Part shown: positions 54,004-64,000 of the stretch, in pieces
How positions within the stretch are numbered: the first letter of the stretch is position 1
Layout of the letters: each line of letters opens with the position of its first letter
Assembly (NCBI RefSeq): GCF_006345805.1
Contig: NC_043007.1
Coordinates: forward strand, 67,022,001 to 67,086,000
Source of the DNA: Octopus sinensis
Taxonomy: Eukaryota
Direction: 5' to 3'
Length of the DNA stretch: 64,000 bases
Position numbers and translations under genes: made by a program
Notes under the pieces: generated by a model
Database searches by the model: none
The model's input: the letters and a program-made list of their open reading frames with translations, nothing else
What the model was told of the DNA's origin: nothing

Positions 54004-55295
54004 TATCAGGTGATCCCATAAGTTCTGTCCAAATTTTGAATAAAGAAAATAAGTGATCAAATGTTATATTTAATTGAAATTTAATCATCAATGTACTTTC
54101 CCTGATTATCTATGACTTCCTTCCATCTATTTACAAGCTTTTTAATCCCATCAATGTAAAACTCTTTTGGTTTCAAAGCAAAGAACTCTGAAATGTCAGT
54201 TTCGACCTCCTCCTGGCTTGCAAAAGTTATGTGCCCCAAATGATTCTGTAAACTACAAAACAAATGGTAATCTGAAGGAGCAGGGTCAGGAGAATAAGGT
54301 GGATGAGGAATCTTTTCCCAACCAAGATCTTCAATCTTCTGTGATGTGATCTTTGCAGTGTGGGGTCGTGCATTGTCCTGATGAAATATCACTCCTTTTT
54401 GATTCACTAAAGCAGGCCTTTTTTTCTTCAAAGCTTGGTTCAAATGCTCTAATTGCTGACAGTAGACTTGAGCATTGATTATTGTATTAGGTGGTAACAA
54501 TTTAAAGTGAATTACTCCTTTGCATTCCCACCAGATAGAGAGAAGAACCTTTTTTCCATGGAGTTCCCTTCTCGGTTGTGGTTGAGCTTTTTCCCTTTTA
54601 CCAAACCATTGTTTACGACGTTTACCATTTCGATAGAAGATCCATTTTTTTTTACCAGTCACAAGTCTATCAAAAAGGGTGAAGTGAGTTCGCGCGAATG
54701 GAGAGAAGAGCAGATGTCAACTCGGGATTTGCGGTTGCTTTCGGACAATTCATGAGGCACCCATTTTCCAAGTTTAGGAACCTTTCCAAGTTGTTGAAAA
54801 TGACGATGAACAGGTGTATGCTTTGAACTAAGCTTTATTGCCAATTGTTCAACTGGCAATGCAGGATTTTCTTCAAGTAATGCCTCAAGGAGCTTATCAT
54901 CAAACTCAACTGAACGTCCTGTTTGATCTTCATCTTCAAGGCTGAAATCTCCACTTCTGAATTTTGCAAACCATCTTCTGCAAGTTCTTTCATTCAATCA
55001 TTCTTTCCCATAAACTGAGTGTATGTTTCGAGTCGCTTCAGCTGCAGAGTTTCCTTTCTTTGTACTCATAAAGCACTATGTGACTCAAATGCTTTTCGGA
55101 TACTTCCATTTTAGAAAGGGTTTTACTCAAAGAAATTTTAATTCTATTATTCTATAAAATAACATTTAATTAGTTTGAATGTACACAAATGCATAAAAAT
55201 AATTTTAAATGCCATTAGACATTCTAAAATACTATCGAATTTCATTCAATTTTAAAAAAGGTAAAATCGGACAGAACTTATGGGATGACCTGATA
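54004..55295 (-). mobile_element. Near-full-length mariner DNA transposon (about 1.29 kb) with a pseudogenised DD34D transposase
   Basis: TIRs including TA: TATCAGGTGATCCCATAAGTTCTGTCC (54004-54030) vs 55269-55295, 26/27 identical. Motifs WVPHEL, HQDNARPH and YSPDPAPSDY, with 34 residues between the second and third Asp. Confidence 0.97.
54081..55109 (-). pseudogene. Mariner transposase pseudogene (MEVSEKHLSHIVLYEY...NQGKYIDD*)
   Basis: A +1 frameshift near codon 17, an in-frame TGA near 55000, a -1 frameshift near 54665, and TGDEKW read as TGKKKW (first catalytic Asp lost). Confidence 0.93.
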
Positions 55296-55897
55296 CAATC
55301 TTTCATTAAACCAAGATAACTTCTATTGCTATCATTTCTACAAATTGTAACAAAAGCTCTCAAATCACATGCTACCGTCTTAAAAAGTAAAGGAAGGACT
55401 CATCTGATAATGTAGTCCTAGATATATTGTGACTAAACAAGGATGAGCTGGTACTAGAATGTTTTGATCATCGATTTACCGGACCAGGATAGAGATAGGG
55501 TTAAACAACTAACTTAAGGTAAGGTGATGAGGAATGGCTGACAAGGGAGTTAACTCCATCAGTTTTATTTCCTTAGTTGAGAAAAAAAATTTTTTTTTTT
55601 TTCCAATATTTTCCTGAAAACAGCAAGCCATAGCATCAAAACTAAGTAAACCACAAGCATCAACACTGGAAACGTATTTAAAGGGTATTACCACCAGCAG
55701 ACATGCTACGCTGATTAGCAAACGCACTCAATACAGTATCACAAACATAATTCCACTCGAATTGAAACTACACTGTCGCTGTTTGTACAGTTTTTCAATA
55801 CAAGGCCTTCGTTACAAACTTACATTTTATAAAGTTGTCACCTTTAAAACAACACTACAAATACGCACTATCAAATACAGGTATAATCCCAACTTAC

Positions 55898-55930
55898 ATT
55901 GTTTCTAGTTACACTGTTTAGTTCTTTCAT
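55898..55930 (-). CDS. Candidate first coding exon MKELNSVTRNN (phase 0)
   Basis: AAAAATG start context, 11 codons, then AAT|gtaagt. It lies in a CpG-retaining segment with TGACGT about 25 nt upstream. Confidence 0.42.
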
Positions 55931-56136
55931 TTTTAAAATTTATCCGACTTCACGTCAATCTCAGCGAACGTATTTAAGAGGTTAAAAAAAAATTATAAAC
56001 ATCTAAAAACCAATACCCAAGTGTAAAACCATATAAAATACATGTGAAAATATGAACAAACCATTTATTGATATAAGCTAATAATTTTTTTTTTTTAATG
56101 ATTTTTCGTATCACATCGTTTCTCGAGTAAAGTGGT

Positions 56137-56159
56137 ATGTCTTGGAACCAATTGCCGAC
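56137..56159 (+). CDS. Candidate divergent first coding exon MSWNQLP(T) (phase 2)
   Basis: ATG TCT TGG AAC CAA TTG CCG AC|gtaagt in the same CpG-rich island, followed by T-rich intron-like sequence on the plus strand. Confidence 0.33.
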
Positions 56160-59100
56160 GTAAGTTGAGGTATACCTTTACTAAGCATTAAGAGTTAGTT
56201 CCCTTGCTGATTGTTTCCAAAAGTCAATGAAATTACACAATATACACGCTATCTTTAGGGATGAAGAAATGAGTTATTCGCTTTTATTTTTTTTTTCTGT
56301 TTTTGTTTTTTTGGCGGGTTCATTCTAGTATAGAAACGAAAAAAAAAAGGGGGGGGATCAAAATGAAAGTTTTTCAATAAATAAATAAATAAATAAATAA
56401 ATAAATACGATATAAAAATTTTAGAAATTATAATCTCCAAAGAAAGCCAAAGATTTAGCTTGAAGAAAAGTGAAATAACATTTTTCTCCTCATAATTCAA
56501 AACAACTCCAAAGAGGAAGGGAAATGAAAAGGCTATTAGACTACCTTACTCCAAATACACACACACATGGACGCATGCATGCAAACAGTAATTAGTGCTG
56601 TAAGATATTTTGATCAACTGGACTGCCTCTCATTGAATTATAGCCAAATATTCCTGACACTCTCGGGCAGACATTACAGTGTACAAAGCTGAACATTCAA
56701 ATTACAAGTACAATAGACAGTTTTCACACCATTTCTGGGTAGATTTTTACATACACACACACACACACAAATTAACAAGTTGTTGTTGGAGCACTGGATA
56801 GATGGCCTTATGATATCCCATTCTGGTACTTTGGATTCTGAGGTTATGAGCAATCAGTGCCAACCATGCTTTTCATCTTTTCAGGATTGATAAATAAAGT
56901 ACCACTTGTGTGCTAAAACTGATTACTCTCTCTCTCTCTCTCTCTCAAAAATCAGATAGGTTCAGAGATGGAGAGAGATCTGGCTTCACCCAACCTAAAA
57001 CTGCTCAAGACATGGCATACATCACAAAGGTACCTCTATGTTGAAAGCCCAAGGCAACACACACACACATAAAATTAAACATGCTTATACAAAAAATGTA
57101 GAAACATAAATATGCAGGCTCACATACATGCACACATAAATACACACTGGTTAAGCAAGTATCCTGTACAAACAAGTTGTTAGATTATCACAAGAGAACT
57201 TTACATATTAATCCAGAAATGAGAATGCTATTAATGTGAAGCTTGTGAGTCAGTATGACTGAGTAAAAGATGGGTTTGTCATAGTTGAATACTATTCCCC
57301 TCTTAGTGAGAAGGAAAAGGAAACATTCATGACATTTTGCAAGACTTCTGGGTGGAGAAAAGGAAGGGAAAATCACAACTCTAGAGGAGCAGTACTTAAA
57401 GATATCAATTTATCTATGCTCAGACAAATGTTTGCAGCAAAGCAGTCTCTTCAAAAGGCACCCAAATTCCAGGAGATGGTGTTAAACTGAACACTGGAAC
57501 AAGTCTACCATCCCAAAACTGGGACAGTCCATCTTATTGGTTCCCATATAGTTCTGCCAAGCCAATTTCATTCACAAAACTTGGATCAACTCAGGATTAT
57601 AGTAGAAGACACTTAGCCAAGGCATTGTGGAACAATGCGATTACAATGCAAACTTTAACAAAACAGCCCTTCCTATTCTTAACTGGCTATGGTGAACCCC
57701 AGAGAGAGAGCTCATTGTAAACTTGTTTGAACAAAGATAGTCTGAAGGTGATAAAGGCAGTCACTTAGGTCAGACAGCTGATGAATAGTTTTTTTTTTTA
57801 GATAGTTCTGAAGGAGGTGCTTTGCCAAAAGCAGTTAAACCTATGGAGCCCAAATACTCTACCTGTTTTACATTCAAACTGGCCAGATCTGGTCTCTCAA
57901 ACTTATCCTACAATATCATTCTAAAGATAATTAATCACATCCATCAAAATCTCAAAGCTAATAGATAAAGCATGATTAATTCAAAACAATATGAATAAAT
58001 AAGTATCAAATCTGACAGAATAATCCAAATGCTACAGGGTTAAGTGGAGTGATGACACTGATTTAGTAAAAAGATTTATATCAAGGACAGTTTGAACTCA
58101 AACACCTGCAACAAAAAAAAAAACACCAAGCAAAAATGACGCTTTAAAGAATTTCTTTAAGAAAACATTGTGTGTGCTTCTAATTTTCATAATTTAATGA
58201 AACATCTGAGTTGATTAATATATCAAATTCCTTCAACATATACTCTAAAGGCCTGTTCATTTGAGTGATGAAAGACCCCCAATAAAAGTTTCCCTGATTT
58301 GTTTCCAGAAAAAAAAAATATATATATATATACTGAGAATTCCCATTGCTTTGAAAGTTCTGATACCCATTTTAGATGCCAACATTAAAGCTGAAATATT
58401 ATATAATTATAGACCACCATGTTTCCAATATCTTTATTTCTAAACTTTTATTCGTCTAATACAGGTAAAGATTAGCTAAAGAAGGATATATTTTAGCTTT
58501 CTGTCTGCTTAATTATATTCACTTCTAACATCTACATTTGGATAACCAAGTTACATGTTTACCTAAATGTTTATGGAAGTTTAATCTACATTTGTAATAT
58601 TCCACTGTTACATGGTATTTATATATTTGAATAGATTTGAAAATAGAAGAAATAAAAAGAGAAATAAATGAATAAATAAAAAGAAAACAATTTCCAGGGA
58701 TAAAGCAAAAGAAATGATGAAAAGACCGAGGAGGTGAAATGGAAAGGTAAAAAACAAGCATTGGAAATGGGGTAACCAAAGGGGGGGGGGCATCTGAAGT
58801 TGGAAGGATTGCCACCAAAATGGTAATGATAAAAACTCTGTTTGTTTGTGTGTGTGTGCATACGAGCATGTGTACACACGCAAGTATGACTGCAATTGAC
58901 ATTTTGACTCCAGAAAGATGCGGCAAGAAGCTACTCTGGAAGGATTTGAAGTGGGATATAATTATATACTACTAATTTAAATCCTTCTGGAGTGCCTTTT
59001 TGTGGGGAGCCAATGAACTAAATATAAGTTTTGAGGTTAATAAAATTGATTGCACCTTTACTTGAAATGTTTGGCTCTCTGCTAACATCATCTCTGCTTA

Positions 59101-60203
59101 CATGTTCCTACAGGTATTATCAACCTATAAGGTTTCATGCGAAACAATCAACTGCATCAACCATACCTGTATCTTCTCTCTTACCGAAAATAATTTTCAA
59201 AGCTCATTTCCAAGACAACCCCACTTCAGCTGGTTATTTGATTAATCATTTTATTAATTGACATTTTTTTTTTAAGATCTTTTTACTTATTTCAGTTATT
59301 TGACTTGAAGGGTTTTAGTCAAACAAATCGACCCCAGGCTTTTTTTCTTAAGCCTAGTACTTATTCTATTGGTCTCTTTTGCCAAACAGCTAAGTTATGG
59401 AGATGTAAACATACCAGCACCGGTTGCCAAGTGGTGGTGGGGGACAAACACAGACACAAAGACACACTGATATATAAACAAGCTTCTTTCAGTTTCCATC
59501 TACTGAATCTGCTCACAAGGATTTGATTGGCTGAGGCTATAGTAAGAGACACTTGCCCAAGTTGTCACACAGTGGAACTGAACCCGGAACTATGTGGTTG
59601 GGAAGCAAGCTTCTTACCACACAGCCACACCTGCGCCTGTGTTTGCACTGTTCACACTGATTATAACTGTCAACAATGGAGGGAACTTTTTTTTTTAACT
59701 CTATTTTATCACCAAGTATTTGATAATGGCCTTGTTTTATGGACTTGTCTGCAGATTGGTGAAGGTGTCCTTGGTGTACCTAGGTGGAATTTGAACACAG
59801 AATATTGCTTTATTTTTTTGACCCTCAAAATATGAAAGCAAAGTTGACCTCAGTGGGATTCGAACCTAGTGTATAGAAAATGCTGTGCTCATCTGTTATC
59901 TAATGTAATATAATTAAATTTTTTAGTCTCGGTAATTTTGTTCAAGAGTAATTTTGATGGAATTTTAGGCCACATTTAAATGTGTATGTATGTATATCAA
60001 CATGATATATTTTGCGCGTAATTGTATATTGATGTGTTACTGTGTGTGTGTGGATCAAAAAGGAAACAAAGTAAAATAAAGGATTCTGCTTTTTTTTTTT
60101 TTTAGATCTGAAAAATGGGAGGAAGCAATAAAAAGAGGGAATGAAAAAATAATGAAAAAATCAACAAAAACAACCAAAATCCAGCAACATCATAAGACAC
60201 TAC

Positions 60204-60239
60204 CTTCTTTTTCTCCAAAAAATGGGATTTAATATCTTC
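60204..60239 (-). CDS. Candidate 36-nt micro-exon (EDIKSHFLEKKK phase 0-0, or KILNPIFWRKR phase 2-2)
   Basis: Very long polypyrimidine tract then tttag|, donor AAG|gtagtg. The region is T-rich on the minus strand, so chance acceptors are common. Confidence 0.3.
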
Positions 60240-61322
60240 CTAAAGAGTAAAAAAAAATAGGGAAATACAAACAACAAATGATATCACTTACTGAGAAAGT
60301 TCAAACAAAAAAAAAAAGCAATGAAAAAATACAGGGAAACTGATTAAAAATTGTTGGAGAGCACAGGGATTGAACTTGCATGAATTAAGTGGACATTAGT
60401 TCCAAAATAATAAAAGTGATGAAGATCATGTCATATTTATATATTCAGGCACAGGAATGGATGTACGGCTAAGAAGATTGCTTCCCAACCACATGATGAT
60501 GAGGTTTGATTCCTCTACACTAAGATCAGAATGAAGCAGATAATCATAAAATGCACAAGACAAATGTTCGAGTGACTGTTGTGGGAAATAATTTCAACCC
60601 AAACCAAAGATTCACCAGAATTGTTGGGTCACAACCATAAGGTGTAAGGGAAGGGGATGTATACCGTCCACAACAATGACCAACTTTGGTTAGTTTAAAG
60701 AAATAAAACAAGTCTTAACTACTGTATAGTCTCTGTGCTACATATTTAATCTGAGAGAGATGGCACCGCCCATAATCCATGAGCAATATCACTTCTTCCT
60801 TTCCTCCTCCTCAAGACACAGCAATTGAGAAATAAAACTGAAATAAGGACCAACTGAAAATCATAAACGGGAACATATCATAGCCTACACTACACTGGTT
60901 TACACACATATATATTAAAATACATTATATGGTACAGATATGTACAGGGATTAATGCAACATACATTGTGCAATGGTTAATATAATAATAATGTGTGTGT
61001 ATGTATAGACACTCACACACATATAGATTAAGACTTCATATACATATAAGTTTAAAGAAAGTAATTTGAGGCATAAGCATTAAGCATATGTACACGGAGT
61101 AACACAATACACTTATGTGTACAGGGGTTAACATACACAAAGGTTTTTGGTAGTGATACAATTCACATAAATTAGACAAAGGAGCATAATATACAAGTTA
61201 CAAATACAAGTACAAAAAACAGATAAAGTAAATACAAATGTACAGAAAGAAAAGTACATACAAGAAAGACTATTCTTAAAAGGGTACAGGGACCATAGCT
61301 CAGAATAACAAAGGATCTACAG

Positions 61323-61608
61323 CAGTGATTCCCAAACTTTTCTAGGCACCCTGGCCATGTTCCTGCCCCACTGCCTGCCCAACACATACACACACCACCA
61401 CCACCTGAAATACAGGCCACTTTCTGCAGCAAATTCAAAGCAACTGCTTTTCATAAATAAATCTTAATCTGCTTAAGCCATTATTTTGTTGATTTTACAT
61501 CCATTGCCCCCTTTTGGCCACCCAATTATCACCCCCAGTTTTCTTCAATGTTCCCCTGGAGCTTTCCACTGCCACCGGAGGGTGTGCTGCCCACTTTCAG
61601 AACCAATA
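61323..61608. mobile_element. hAT-type MITE (286 bp)
   Basis: CAGTGATTCCCAAA left end, degenerate right end tttcagaaccaata, and an 8-bp TSD atctacag/ctctacag (7/8). Confidence 0.7.
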
Positions 61609-62315
61609 CTCTACAGAATTCCAGAAAAATATTTTGCTTACATAAAAAGCTATGTTTCCCTGCTGTATAGTACTTGTAAAAAATACTTTTAATTGTTACA
61701 GTATTTATAATACTGCATGGGACAGTATTGGTAGTACATTAAAATACACCAAGCATAACTCTATAAAGTGATTGGTGCTACAAAAGCCATCCAGTCAAAG
61801 ATACCAAGACAAAAATAGAACCAACAAGCAAAACATGGCCCTCAGACCCCCCAGCTAGGACGTCAGTAGAGTAGTAGCTCTAAATTTGAACAAACACATG
61901 CCTTGTTGACCTATCTAATCCATTCTAGCATGGAAAGCAGACATAAAAATTATGACAATTTTTTCTTCAATTCACTGACCATAAACAACAAGTGGTCACA
62001 GGTGTCATTTACTAGAGGGTCAACTACAAAAGCATGTCCAGGTTTTTTGAAATGTCTTGATATGTTGTATGGTCTTTGTAAACAAAAAGCCTATTCAGAC
62101 TGTCATTGTTTCCCTGTTCACCATATATCTATGTACAGGCTATTCATTGTTCATTAGACAAGGGAGTTATTACTTGACTTGGAAACAGGTGAGGGTTGGT
62201 GACAGGAAGGACATCTGACTGTAAAGAATCTGCCACAACAAATTCCATCTGAACCATAAAGGCTTGGAAAAATGAACGTTAAAAAAAGTTGATGACTGAT
62301 ATATATATATATATA

Positions 62316-63023
62316 TCATCATCATCATCATCATCATCATTTAGCGTCCGTTTTCCATGCTAGCATGGGTTGGACGGTTCTACTGGGGTCTGTGAAGCCA
62401 GAAGGCTTCATCAGGCCCAGTCAAATCTGGCAGTGTTTCTACGGCTGGATGCCCTTCCTAACGCCAACCACTCCGTGAGTGTAGTGGGTGCTTTTTACGT
62501 GCCACCCGCACTGGTGCCAGACAGAGCTGGCAAACGGCCACGAACGGATGGTGCTTTTTATGTGCCACCGGCACGAGGGCCAGGCGAGGCTGGCAACGGA
62601 CACGAAACGGGGCGGTGCTGGCAACGGTCGCGAAACGGAAAGTTCTCTTACATGCCACCGGCACTGGTAACACATCTGCAATTTCCATTGATCGATTTCC
62701 ATTGATCGATTTCGATTCTGATCCTCACTTGCCTCAATGGGTCTTCACAAGCAGAGTTTCGACATGCCACCGGCACTGGTAGCACATCCGCAATTTCCAT
62801 TGATCGATTTCGATTCTGATCCTCACTTGCCTCAACACGTCTTCACAAGTAGAGTTTTGTGTCCCAAGAAGGGAAGGTATGCATACGTAGGCTGGCTCCA
62901 TCCCATGTAGAAGGCCACGGGTTGTGGACTCACTTGTCCTGCCGGGTCTTCTCGCGCACAGCACACTTCCAGAGGTCTCGGTCTCTAGTCATTTCCTCAG
63001 TGAGACCTAAAGTTCGAAGGTCA
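62316..63023 (-). mobile_element. Young RTE LINE 3' end: ORF2 C-terminus, about 590-bp modular 3' UTR and a (GAT)n tail
   Basis: DLRTLGLTEEMTRDRDLWKCAVREKTRQDK* (63022-62930). CpG-rich, with (CAT)n at 62316-62340 and an internal duplication of about 110 bp. Confidence 0.85.
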
Positions 63024-63184
63024 TTTCATTATTATTATTCTTTTTGCCTATGTGAGTTACAAATATTGTTATATGTGGAATAATATCTGTAGTAAAAAAG
63101 AATGAGCTGTCTTTGGCTACTATTTCTAAATTTTCGGTATGTGGTGAAGCAACTTGTTGCTTAACCCTTAATTATAATTATATT

Positions 63185-63226
<42 letters not shown>

Positions 63227-63291
63227 GTGGTTAGGGAGTTAGCTTCATTGTCATAAGGTTGTGAATAACCCACAACCTTATGATCATGAGG

Positions 63292-63606
63292 TGCATAGCT
63301 TAGTGGTTAGGGTATTCAGATTATAAACGTAAGGTCATGGGTTCAATTCCCAGTGACGCACTGTGTCTCTGAGCAAGACAATTTCACATTGCTCCAGTTC
63401 ACTCAGCTGGCAAAAATGAGTAGTACCTGTATTTCAAAGGGCCAGACTTGACACACACTGTGTCTCATTGAATCTCCTTGAGAGCTATGTCAAGGCTACA
63501 CATGTTTATGGAATGCTCAGCCACTTGCACATTTAATTTCATGAACAGGCTGTTCCATTGATCGGATCAACTAGAACCCTTGTTGTCGTAACTGATGAAG
63601 TGCCAG
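63292..63606 (+). mobile_element. tRNA-derived SINE family C, full length with a 14-bp TSD. Other copies or variants: 3330-3560(+), 6668-6975(+), 9110-9310(-), 9950-10235(-), 13050-13290(-), 20935-21100(-), 28385-28545(-), 32040-32240(-)
   Basis: Head tagcttagtggttagg...gggttcaattccc, body ctccagttcactcagctggcaaaaatgagtag, and TSD TTATGATCATGAGG (63278-63291, 63607-63620). Confidence 0.9.
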
Positions 63607-64000
63607 TTATGATCATGAGGCCAATACTCCAACCACTGGATGGTGTGCCGTGTCCTTCAGCAAAGCACTTCATTTCATGTTGCTCCAGTCTGCTCAGCTA
63701 CAAACGAGCAAAACTAACCAACTGCATATAGGGTAGCTCTCTGCCACTTCAGCCGTCACATTCTCAATATTCTGCTTGAACTAGAGTGGGAGAACCAAGA
63801 AGGTGTTTATATTTGTTTACAGCTATATAGATATCTAAAACAACTAGCAAAAATATAGTACTTGCTACCAAGTCATGCTTGTTTGCAAGTGGTGGCTTAA
63901 TACACCCACACACATATTAGATATCATAAACACCAACATAACATTCCAGAGTATATGCAAGACTAGTGTTCCAGAGTATATGCAGGGCTGACATAGTATG

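Larger units (their letters stand above)
55690..56250. promoter_or_regulatory. CpG-retaining putative promoter / 5' region, possibly bidirectional
   Basis: Many CpGs in non-repeat sequence against a CpG-depleted background, a TGACGT motif, and strong GTAAGT donors facing outward on both strands. Confidence 0.5.

Noticed and set aside
55509-55727. ORF resembling signal peptide plus Cys (MRLLISVACLLVV...)
   Set aside because: Starts at GTG rather than ATG, runs into poly-A/T, and lies in the predicted intron.
63590-63606. Other CTGATGA occurrences (for example 7526, 11890, 22789, 54379, 63592)
   Set aside because: None is followed by a stem II and GAAA, so they are not hammerheads.

Overview
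AT-rich, strongly CpG-depleted, repeat-dense eukaryotic DNA. The SINE, RTE and MITE families resemble those I recall from Octopus genomes; this is inference and needs a BLAST check. There is no prokaryotic-type system, CRISPR array, rRNA or true tRNA gene. Most of the window reads as intron of one large, unidentified minus-strand gene. Its best-supported exon is 38032-37904. Weaker candidates are 60239-60204, 55930-55898, 25746-25704, an acceptor at 15022 and non-coding donors at 44538 and 34479. A CpG-retaining island near 55.7-56.25 kb holds two divergent ATG-plus-GTAAGT first-exon candidates. The repeats include a near-full-length mariner, an internally deleted mariner, a 76-bp mariner-type MITE, hAT and piggyBac-like MITEs, a Helentron-type HINE, RTE, CR1-like and R4/Dong-like LINE 3' ends, several tRNA-derived SINE families, and many micro- and minisatellites. 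Almost all ORFs in the supplied track are low-complexity or TE artefacts. The most interesting signal is at 16155-16629. It is a head-to-head fold-back of a tRNA-headed SINE with a 15-bp TSD, and its tail carries a Penelope-type minimal hammerhead ribozyme motif.
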